Shown in pieces: positions 25,565-34,164 of a stretch of DNA of 64,000 nt; position 1 is the stretch's first letter, and each line of letters begins with the position of its first letter. This DNA comes from an uncultured Fretibacterium sp. (GTDB taxonomy: Bacteria > Synergistota > Synergistia > Synergistales > Aminobacteriaceae). Under the pieces are notes generated by a model, which had not been told where the DNA came from, searched no databases, and saw nothing but the letters and a program-made list of their open reading frames with translations. The position numbers were made by a program, and so were the translations under genes. Location: assembly GCA_937915755.1 (NCBI GenBank), contig CALGGR010000325.1:6591-70590 (forward strand), in the 5' to 3' direction.

Positions 25565-26875
25565 ATGAGACTTGAAATTGGAGCGTTCAAGGTCAAGGAC
25601 ATACAATTCGGAGACAAGACTTTCTACTCCGACGGTGTCCTCACGCTCAACAAAGAAGAACTGCTGAAGGTCGTACATGAGGACGAGCATATAACTACAG
25701 CCGACCTGAAAATCGTACACCCAGGCGACAATGTGGTGTTATGCCCCGTCAAAGAAGCCGTTGAAATGCGCTGCAAAGTTTCCGGAGGACACGGGATTTT
25801 TCCGGGCGTTCTCTCGGAGATGGAGATTGCAGGTTCAGGCCGTACACACTGCCTTCAAGATTGTGCGTTGATAGTCGTAGGTGAACACGCCGGAGGATTT
25901 CAGGACGGTGTGATCGCTATGGGCGGAAAGTATCAGCATCACACGATTTTCGGAGATATGCCGAACTTGGTGCTTGTTGCGGATACAGATGAAGATTTTG
26001 AGCGTCATGAACAGCAGAAGAAGAACCACGCTCTACGATGGGCGGGAATGAGACTCGCTGAGTACATAGGTCAGTGCGTCAAAGACCTTGAGCCTGAGGA
26101 ATTAGAGGTCTATGATCTCCCCTCTATCCCAGAAAGAAGCGAAGATGTCAAGAAACTTCCGGGCGTTCTCTATGTGTTACAGCCACAGACACAGATGGAG
26201 GCAATGGGCTACAACACATTGATTTACGGCTGGGACGGTAACCACATTCTCCCGACGCTGATGCACCCCAATGAATTGCTTGACGGCTGCATGGTGTCAG
26301 GCTCATTCATGCCGACAAGCTCAAAAATTTCGACGTATGAGTTCGCGGTGAACCCCATGTTGAAAAGGCTCTATAAGCAGCACGGAAAGACCATCAACTT
26401 CTTGGGCGTTCTAATGTCAACACTCAACGTCAAGATGGACGAGAAAGTCCGCTGTGTGAAGATGGCCGGTCAGATTGCTACGAGCGTGGGCGCGCAGGGT
26501 GCTGTCGTTGTTGAGGAAGGTTACGGCAACCCTGATGTCGATTACACGGCAATGCTCGTTGAACTTGAGAGGCTCGGCATAAAGACGGTAGGGCTTTCGG
26601 ACGAATGCACGGGACGCGACGGAGCATCACAGCCGCTTGTGTCGATGAACCCTGCTACGAATGCGCTTGTTACAACGGGCAACGTCTCCCAGATGTATGA
26701 ATTCCCCTCAGGAATGGAAGTTATCGGGGAACTTGAAGCCCTTGCACGCGATGGAAATTCCGGCGGCTGGGAAGGCTGCATCAGACCTGACGGCTCATTC
26801 GTCATGGAGAATAACGGAATGTTCTGCGCCAACCACATAAGCGGATATTCCAAGAGAACGTGCGCTGATTTCTAG
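25565..26875 (+). CDS. Second protein-B large subunit (GrdE/GrdG/GrdI family), inferred betaine-type (GrdI-like)
   Basis: MRLEIGAFKVKDIQFGDKTFYSDGVLTLNKEELL is collinear with GrdE. The ATG at 25565 aligns with the GrdE N-terminus. The aligned SGNC cleavage motif is SGSF here. Confidence 0.65.
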   Translation: MRLEIGAFKVKDIQFGDKTFYSDGVLTLNKEELLKVVHEDEHITTADLKIVHPGDNVVLCPVKEAVEMRCKVSGGHGIFPGVLSEMEIAGSGRTHCLQDCALIVVGEHAGGFQDGVIAMGGKYQHHTIFGDMPNLVLVADTDEDFERHEQQKKNHALRWAGMRLAEYIGQCVKDLEPEELEVYDLPSIPERSEDVKKLPGVLYVLQPQTQMEAMGYNTLIYGWDGNHILPTLMHPNELLDGCMVSGSFMPTSSKISTYEFAVNPMLKRLYKQHGKTINFLGVLMSTLNVKMDEKVRCVKMAGQIATSVGAQGAVVVEEGYGNPDVDYTAMLVELERLGIKTVGLSDECTGRDGASQPLVSMNPATNALVTTGNVSQMYEFPSGMEVIGELEALARDGNSGGWEGCIRPDGSFVMENNGMFCANHISGYSKRTCADF

Positions 26876-26897
26876 TACGAAGGGGGGAAAAGTAAAA

Positions 26898-28211
26898 ATG
26901 AAAGCAATACATTACATCAACCAGTTCTTCGCTGGAATCGGCGGAGAAGAAATGGCCGACCAGACACCCGTATTCCATGACAAGCTCATCGGCTGTTCAA
27001 TGATGCTCAATGCCATATGCAAGCCTGACATCGAGGTAACGAATACGATCGTATGCGGTGATAACTACATCACTAACCATACTGAGGAAGCGCTGAAAGA
27101 GATTTTCGCGTTCCTTGACGCAAAGGAGTTCGGAATTTTCTTCGCAGGGCCTGCGTTCATGGCTGGGCGTTACGGAGTAGGTTGCGGAATAGTATGCAAG
27201 GCTGTAAACGAGAGGTATCATGTGCCCGTAATCACCTCAATGAATGAGGAGAATCCCGGCGTTGAGGAGTACAAGTCAGCAATGTATATCTTCAAGGGCG
27301 GACGAAAGGCCACATTCATGAAGCAGGACGTTACGCCTATGGCGGCATTCGCAAAGAAGATCGCTAAGGGTGAGGAATTACTGCCTGCGGCACAGGAAGG
27401 TTACTTCCCGAGAGGAATACGTGCGGAGATTCCGCAGCCTGACGGAATAATCGCTGCTGACCGTGTCATCGACATGCTTCTGAAGAAGTTAAACGGTGAA
27501 CCTTTCCAGACTGAATTAGTCATTCCCAGCATGGAAAAGATTCCGCCTGCTGCCCCCGTCGCAGATCTAAGCAAAGCAACGATTGCCCTCGTTTCCTCAA
27601 GCGGAGTCGTCCCTGTGGATAACCCTGACAGGATTCAGAGTGCAAGCGCGCAGAAGTGGGGAAAGTACGACATCTCAAAGCTGGACAATCTTCCTGAGGG
27701 CGTATTCAAGACGATACACGCAGGATTTGACCCGGCTGCAATGTGCGCTGTCCCCGACAGAGGTATTCCGCTCGATGCTATGCGTTACTTCGAGAAGCAG
27801 GGCAAGATCGGGAAGGTCTACGATTACTTCTATGTTACGGTAGGAACTGGAACTACTCAGGCATTCGCCGCGAAGTTCGGCCGCGAAATAGCACAGGAGC
27901 TTCACGCTGCAAATGTTGACGCAGTAATACTCACATCAACCTGAGGAACTTGTACGCGTTGCGGTGCAACGATGGCAAAGGAAATCGAGCGAAGTGGTAT
28001 TCCTGTAACAGTAATGTGCAACCTCATCGACGTTGCAAAGACAGTCGGAGCCAACCGAATGGTTCAGACAGTGTCAGTTCCTTACCCGCTGGGAGATCCC
28101 GAACTCAGCAAAGAAGCAGAGTGGCAGTTACGAACAAGCCGTGTCGGCGCAGCACTTGACGCACTGGCAACAGAAGTAACAGAGCCAAAGGTATTCCCGT
28201 CGAAGTTCTAA
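26898..28211 (+). CDS. Second protein-B selenoprotein (GrdB/GrdF/GrdH family), with in-frame TGA = Sec at 27942..27944; inferred betaine-type (GrdH-like)
   Basis: Track ORFs 26898..27944 and 27972..28211 are in one frame. Joined, they read ...AVILTST-U-GTCTRCGATMAKEIE.... GGGGGAA lies upstream of the ATG. Confidence 0.85.
27942..27971 (+). promoter_or_regulatory. Sec UGA plus candidate SECIS hairpin
   Basis: The sequence is UGA GGAACUUGUACG followed by CGUUGC-GGU-GCAACG (27957..27971). Confidence 0.6.
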
Positions 28212-28224
28212 GTCATAAATCATG

Positions 28225-28256
28225 CTGGAGGTTGAAATTCGCCTCCGGCATTTTTT
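28225..28256 (+). terminator. Rho-independent terminator or attenuator between the protein-B pair and the BCCT gene
   Basis: The stem CTGGAGG / CCTCCGG has a 10-nt loop and is followed by CATTTTTTG. Confidence 0.55.
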
Positions 28257-28291
28257 GTGTCGTTCAAAAGAATGAATGGAGCTGAAAATTA

Positions 28292-29809
28292 ATGTCTGAT
28301 AACAACTCAACATCAAAATCCAATTCCGTATATATCATCTCGATAGCGATAACCTTCGCAATAGTCGCATGGGGCTGGCTTCTTCCTGAGAACTTCGGGG
28401 ACTTCGCCAACGCACTTTTCGGAGGGCTGACAAAATATTTCGGGTGGGGCTACCTCCTCACGATGAACAGCTTTGTACTCTTCTGCATAATTATGGCATT
28501 CAGCCGATTCCGCCATGTAAGGCTCGGAAACCCCGAGGACAGACCCGAACACAGCAACATCTCATGGTTCGCAATGCTATTCTCGGCGGGAATGGGAGTC
28601 GGCCTTGTGTTTTACGGGGCAGGCGAGCCGCTGATTCATTTCGGCAGCACACCTTTCGGCGCAGAACCGGGAAGCATTCAGGCGGCAAGGGACGCAATGC
28701 AGATTTCGTTCTTCCACTGGGGGCTTCACCCTTGGGCTGGGTACGCAGTAATCGCTATGCCTATGGCTTACTACCAGTTCAGGAGAAATTCGCCGGGCCT
28801 CATAAGCTCGCTCTTCATTCCGCTGGTCGGACAGAAAGCAGTTGACGGCATATTCGGGAAGATTATAGATGTTCTCGCAATATTCGCAACACTGGCGGGT
28901 ATAACTACATCGCTCGGACTTGGAACATTGCAGCTAAACAGCGGCCTAAATGAGATTATGGGAGTTGACAGGACCACATTCATACAGGTCGCAATAATAA
29001 TATTTCTCGCGGTATTCTACACCGGCTCGGCAGTTCTCGGAATTGACAAGGGAATAAAGTTGGTCGCTAATTTCAACCTCTTTGTGTGCCTGTCGCTGAT
29101 GGTTCTGCTATTCTTCGTCGGGCCTTCGCTCTCAATCGTTGATTCTCTGATGACAGGAGTTGGAGATTTCATCAGCGGCTTCGTGAAGGAAAGTTTCTCG
29201 ATGGCACCATATGGCGGAAAGTATGAGGCTCATCTCCGCAACTGGACGCTCTATTATTGGGCGTGGTGGATTGCGTGGGCACCTTTCGTCGGTTCGTTCG
29301 TCGCAAGAATCTCACGCGGAAGGACAATCGCTGAGTTCGTGGCAGGAGTTCTCATTGTCCCGGCATTGGGGAGCTTTACATGGTTCGCAATCTTCGGAAC
29401 GTCAGCACTCCATCTTCAGTTGGTGAAGGGCATCGATATAGCCGCGCAGGTAACAAAGGACATATCGGTGGGAGTGTTCGCACTCTACAAGTATTACCCG
29501 CTGGGATTCGTGATGTCCGTTGCAATGCTGGTACTAATTACAACATTCTTTGTAACTTCGGCTAACTCTGCGACGTTCGTTCTCTCGATGTACTCAAATC
29601 ACGGAGACCTCAACCCCTCAAAATCGAAGATGGGCGTTTGGGGTGTACTCATGGCGGCACTCGCTATAGTGCTGCTGATGACGGGAGGGCTTCAGAATTT
29701 GCAGACGGTATCATTAACCGCCGCGCCTCCGTTCGCAATAATAATGGTGTGCGCGTGCATCTCGCTATGGAAGTCGCTTTGCAAGGACGAGGAAACAGGA
29801 AAGCTATAA
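28292..29809 (+). CDS. BCCT-family (betaine/carnitine/choline) transporter
   Basis: It is a 12-TM protein with the BCCT signature region WTLYYWAWWIAWAPFVGSFVARISRGRTI. Confidence 0.8.
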   Translation: MSDNNSTSKSNSVYIISIAITFAIVAWGWLLPENFGDFANALFGGLTKYFGWGYLLTMNSFVLFCIIMAFSRFRHVRLGNPEDRPEHSNISWFAMLFSAGMGVGLVFYGAGEPLIHFGSTPFGAEPGSIQAARDAMQISFFHWGLHPWAGYAVIAMPMAYYQFRRNSPGLISSLFIPLVGQKAVDGIFGKIIDVLAIFATLAGITTSLGLGTLQLNSGLNEIMGVDRTTFIQVAIIIFLAVFYTGSAVLGIDKGIKLVANFNLFVCLSLMVLLFFVGPSLSIVDSLMTGVGDFISGFVKESFSMAPYGGKYEAHLRNWTLYYWAWWIAWAPFVGSFVARISRGRTIAEFVAGVLIVPALGSFTWFAIFGTSALHLQLVKGIDIAAQVTKDISVGVFALYKYYPLGFVMSVAMLVLITTFFVTSANSATFVLSMYSNHGDLNPSKSKMGVWGVLMAALAIVLLMTGGLQNLQTVSLTAAPPFAIIMVCACISLWKSLCKDEETGKL

Positions 29810-29851
29810 CATGATATTATAGGCAAAATCTTTCGCGGGAGTGTGTTTTTA

Positions 29852-31246
29852 ATGTCAGACAGCAGGCAGAGGCTCAGTGAGATTCCGGGAATGGACATAA
29901 TCCTTAATTACGATTGGGTTCAGTCTTGGATTGATAAACTCGGGCGCATAAGAGTTAAGCATGTCATCAACAGTGAGCTTTCTGTGATTCGCAGGAGCAT
30001 CATTGAAGATAAGAGCGCGGAATTTTCACACGCTTCGTTCAAGTCATCGTGCTTGAGTGCGCTGGCCTTTGCCTCACATTCCGGCCTGAGACACGTCATC
30101 AATGCTTCCGGCGTTGTCATTCACACGAATCTGGGACGCTCATTGATAGCACCTGAAGCGGTCAAAGAAATGTCGGCTATCGCAGCTCACTACTCTAATC
30201 TCGAATATGACCTCAAAGCAGGCTCAAGGGGTCAGAGAAATTCGCACATTGAGGAAATCCTCTGCACGCTTACGGGCGCGGAGTCTTCCCTCGTCGTCAA
30301 CAACAACGCGGGGGCGGTTATGCTCGCTTTGAGTGCGCTTGCTAAGGGGCGTGAAGTCATCGTTTCGAGGGGCGAGCTTGTGGAAATCGGAGGCTCATTC
30401 AGGATCCCCGACATCATGGAGCTTTCAGGGGCGAAACTCGTCGAAGTCGGCACAACAAACCGCACTCATCTCCACGACTATGAACGCGCAATCACGGAGA
30501 ACACATCAATGTTGCTTAAGGTTCACCCGTCGAATTTCCGCATTGAGGGCTTCACGGCTTCACCAGAACGAAAGGAGTTAGCCCGCCTCGCTCATGAGCA
30601 TGGACTAATCTTCATGGAGGACGCGGGAAGCGGTCTCATGGTGGACGGAGACGAAATTAACCTTCCGGCGAACACAAACGAGATAAGCATAAAGTCATGT
30701 CTCGATTGTGGTGCTGACGTTGTAACATTTTCGGGTGACAAAATTCTCGGCGGGCCACAAATCGGCGGGATAGTCGGGCGGAGGGAATTTGTCGACAAGC
30801 TAAAGCGTTACCCTATGGCTAGGGCATTGCGCGTTGATAAGGTTACTATTGCGGGGTTCGAGGCAACTTTACGGCTCTACGCTCAAGGGCTTTACGATGA
30901 AATTCCAACCTTGCGAATGCTCAGGCTTGATGACGAGACCATGAGGAAACGTGCTGAGGCTCTCGCTGAAAAACTTTCTCAGACACTCACGGCTGAAGTA
31001 CATTGCATCGAGGTTGAGGACGCTACAGGCGGCGGCTCATGTCCTGAGATAATGCTGAAGGGCTGGGGAGTTTCCGTGAAGCATAACGTCATGAGTGCCG
31101 GGCACATTCAGAAATTGCTGCGTTTTGTTGACGTTCCAATTCTCTGCGGCGCGAAAGATGACGAGATCGTTATACACGTCAGGACACTTCAGGAAGGTGA
31201 AGACGAAATTGTTGCTGATGCTCTGGCGGGTGTTATGAATGTCTGA
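29852..31246 (+). CDS. selA: L-seryl-tRNA(Sec) selenium transferase SelA
   Basis: The N-terminus is RQRLSEIPGMDIILN and the PLP-lysine context is FSGDKILGGPQ. I preferred the ATG at 29852 over the track GTG at 29843. Confidence 0.85.
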   Translation: MSDSRQRLSEIPGMDIILNYDWVQSWIDKLGRIRVKHVINSELSVIRRSIIEDKSAEFSHASFKSSCLSALAFASHSGLRHVINASGVVIHTNLGRSLIAPEAVKEMSAIAAHYSNLEYDLKAGSRGQRNSHIEEILCTLTGAESSLVVNNNAGAVMLALSALAKGREVIVSRGELVEIGGSFRIPDIMELSGAKLVEVGTTNRTHLHDYERAITENTSMLLKVHPSNFRIEGFTASPERKELARLAHEHGLIFMEDAGSGLMVDGDEINLPANTNEISIKSCLDCGADVVTFSGDKILGGPQIGGIVGRREFVDKLKRYPMARALRVDKVTIAGFEATLRLYAQGLYDEIPTLRMLRLDDETMRKRAEALAEKLSQTLTAEVHCIEVEDATGGGSCPEIMLKGWGVSVKHNVMSAGHIQKLLRFVDVPILCGAKDDEIVIHVRTLQEGEDEIVADALAGVMNV

Positions 31247-33104
31247 AATATCGCTAGTCTTAGGCACAGCCGGACACATAGATCACGGAAAGACAGCCCT
31301 CATCAACGCATTGACAGGCGTAAACTGCGACCGTCTAATCGAGGAGAAACGTCGCGGAATAACCATAGAGCTTGGATTTGCCCCTCTGAAACTTGATGAC
31401 GGCCGTGTTGTCAGCGTTATAGATGTTCCTGGACACGAGAAGTTTATCCGCCAAATGGTTGCTGGAGCGTCTGGGATTGATGCCGCGCTTCTAGTTGTGG
31501 CCGCTGACGAAAGCATTATGCCCCAGACACGCGAACACCTTGCGATTATGGAGCTTTTGGGAGTACATGACGGCCTCGTAGCTGTAACGAAAATCGACAG
31601 GGTCAAAGACGAAGAAGGAATGCTCGAACTTGTCATTGATGATGTCAGGGAGTTCACGCGGGGAACGTTCCTTGAGGGCAAAGCGATAGTTCCAGTGTCA
31701 AGCATAACGGGTGAAAATCTCGGCGAACTTCGCAGAGAGATTACAGCGTTGGTTGACAGAGTCAAAATCAGGCCGAGAAGCGGGGCATTCTTCCTTCCCG
31801 TTGACAGGGCATTCGTGATTTCAGGCTTCGGGACTGTCGTAACGGGAACGGCTTATCATGGAACAATTCAGACCGGCGACAGGGTTGAGATTTTACCTTC
31901 TGGACGCGAGGGAAGAATAAGGACTCTTCAGGTTCACGGGCAGAGCGTTGAAAGCGCGTACGCTGGTCAGAGAGTCGCGTCGAACTTGGCAGGAATTGAC
32001 ATCGACGAAATTTCACGCGGCGATGTAGTTTGCCACAAAGGAGTCTTCAAGGCAACTAAATGTTTCGAGGCTGTGATACGCTTAATCGCCAACGAGCCTC
32101 TCAAGCATTGGCAGCGAGTACATGTTTGCACCGGGACTTCAGAAGTCCTCGCGCGTGTCTCACTCTTGGACTCGAAGCAGATTGAACCGGGACAGGATTC
32201 GCCAGCTCAGTTAGTGCTTGAAGAACCCGTAGTGTGTACGTTCGGGCAGAGATTCATTCTGCGTTTCTACAGCCCACTAATCACGATTGGCGGAGGAGAA
32301 GTGATTTATCCTTACTCCTACAAACCCAGAGGATCAGGCCCAAGAGCGAAGATAATTTCACGAATTGAGCATCTAAGGGAAGCCAAGACACCCGAATCAC
32401 GCTTTGAGTACCTCATAAATGAAGCAGGAAGAATCAGCAAAGCCGAATCGTTACAGCTCATACAGGATACGCAGAAGAACATCGACGCAATAATCGAACG
32501 CCTCACGAACGCCGGAAAAATCTTCGCGCTCGATAATGATTACGTCTCAAGGAAGCATTGTGATGAACTCGTCAACGCTCTCACTGAAACCGTGAGGGAC
32601 TACCAGACTCATTACTCCTCAGAAGCAGGAATGCCCGTCGAAAGTCTCAACACTTCGCGCTCGCTGCTAAATCTTGCAGTAAGCTCCGGCCTTCTTGTTA
32701 TGGAGAGCAACAAAGTACACACGCCTGATTTTGTACCGGAAAATGATGAAGCCTTCAACGCCGGCAAGCAGCACATAAAGGATATATGTATGTCCCACAA
32801 GTGGCAGTTAATCACTCTCGACGAACTCAAAAGGGAGGCAGCACTCCCGGAAAAAGTTTTCAGCAAAGTAATTCAGGGCATGAGGAACGCCGGAGAACTT
32901 GCGCTGATTCCTGAGGGCTTCGTCCTTCTCTCTGAACTTGAAGGGGAAATGCTAGAAATCCTCAAGGGCTTGGGCGAAAAGGTAACTCTTGCTCAGGTCA
33001 GAGACGCTACAGGAAGCACACGGAAATTCATTCTGCCAATACTTGAATATTTCGACAGCAAGGGCTACACAAGGAGGGCGGGTGATTATCGTGTCGTGCT
33101 GTAA
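31239..33104 (+). CDS. selB: Selenocysteine-specific elongation factor SelB
   Basis: The G-domain has GTAGHIDHGKT, DVPGHEKF and TKID motifs. A long C-terminal winged-helix extension is present. It overlaps the selA stop by 8 nt. Confidence 0.9.
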   Translation: MSEISLVLGTAGHIDHGKTALINALTGVNCDRLIEEKRRGITIELGFAPLKLDDGRVVSVIDVPGHEKFIRQMVAGASGIDAALLVVAADESIMPQTREHLAIMELLGVHDGLVAVTKIDRVKDEEGMLELVIDDVREFTRGTFLEGKAIVPVSSITGENLGELRREITALVDRVKIRPRSGAFFLPVDRAFVISGFGTVVTGTAYHGTIQTGDRVEILPSGREGRIRTLQVHGQSVESAYAGQRVASNLAGIDIDEISRGDVVCHKGVFKATKCFEAVIRLIANEPLKHWQRVHVCTGTSEVLARVSLLDSKQIEPGQDSPAQLVLEEPVVCTFGQRFILRFYSPLITIGGGEVIYPYSYKPRGSGPRAKIISRIEHLREAKTPESRFEYLINEAGRISKAESLQLIQDTQKNIDAIIERLTNAGKIFALDNDYVSRKHCDELVNALTETVRDYQTHYSSEAGMPVESLNTSRSLLNLAVSSGLLVMESNKVHTPDFVPENDEAFNAGKQHIKDICMSHKWQLITLDELKREAALPEKVFSKVIQGMRNAGELALIPEGFVLLSELEGEMLEILKGLGEKVTLAQVRDATGSTRKFILPILEYFDSKGYTRRAGDYRVVL

Positions 33105-34149
33105 CGTTCAGGCCGAGAAAAAGAGGCTGACGGAACTCTCGCATTCCAGCGGGTGAGCCGCGAAAATAGGTCCGGCGGATCTAAAGGAAGTATTATCGGG
33201 AATCCCTCAGGAGTACGGCGAAAGAATCTTGTCGTCATGGAACGGAAACGAGGACGCGGCTGTCTTTGAGCTTGACGAGGAACGTTACGGGATCTTGACG
33301 GTTGACTTCATCACTCCTGTGGTCGATGACCCTTTCACGTGGGGGCAGGTTGCGGCGGCTAACTCACTTAGTGATGTATTTGCGATGGGAGGGCGGCCGA
33401 TTGTCGCGCTTAACGTCGTATGCTTTCCGACAAAGTATCTCGAACTCGATGTATTGAAGGACATTCTCGCGGGAGGCTTTGAACGTGTGAAAACTTCGGG
33501 GGCTTTTCTTGTTGGCGGACACAGCGTACAGGACGATGAACCAAAGTACGGCCTCGTGGTTTACGGCGAAGTCAGGAAGTCTCAATTATGGAGGACTACG
33601 GGGGCAATTCCCGGCGACAAGCTCATAATCACAAAGCCAATAGGTACAGGGATAGCGGTAACAGCGATAAAAGCTGACATGATAGATGACGAACGAACCC
33701 GAACTGAAGCGACGGAGAGCATGAGGAAGCTGAACATTTTAGGACTCAGCGACGAACTTCACGCCTCTGTTCACGCGGCTACGGACGTTACGGGCTTCGG
33801 ACTTTCGGGGCATCTCTCGGATATGCTGAGCGATGACATTGACTGCAACGTTTTCCTGCGCGACATACCATCAATCACGGGCGTGAAAGAGCTTGCTGAC
33901 ATGGGGCTTGTACCTGAGGGAGCATACAGGAATCAGGCAGCGTACGAGAAGTTTGCGGATTTTGAGGGCGACTTCGCACGCAGCGATGTCGATATGCTTT
34001 ACGATGCCCAGACTTCAGGGGGCTTGCTTCTTGCTGTTGAACCTGAAAGCTCAGAGGCATTGTTAAATCACGTAAGGCAAAAGGGTTTTGAACGCGCTGA
34101 AATTATAGGCGAGTTCAGACGTGGAACAAAAAGAATAAAAATCGTATAG
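33091..34149 (+). CDS. selD: Selenide, water dikinase SelD, itself a selenoprotein (in-frame TGA = Sec at 33154..33156)
   Basis: Track ORF 33229..34149 is the AIR-synthase-like body. The same frame, read upstream, gives ...KKRLTELSHSSG-U-AAKIGPADLKEVLSG..., which is the SelD glycine-rich N-terminal loop with U in place of the catalytic Cys. The start is either the GTG at 33091 or the GTG at 33082, both downstream of AAGGAGGG. Both overlap the end of selB. Confidence 0.8.
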
Positions 34150-34164
34150 GGAGGAATTACCATC

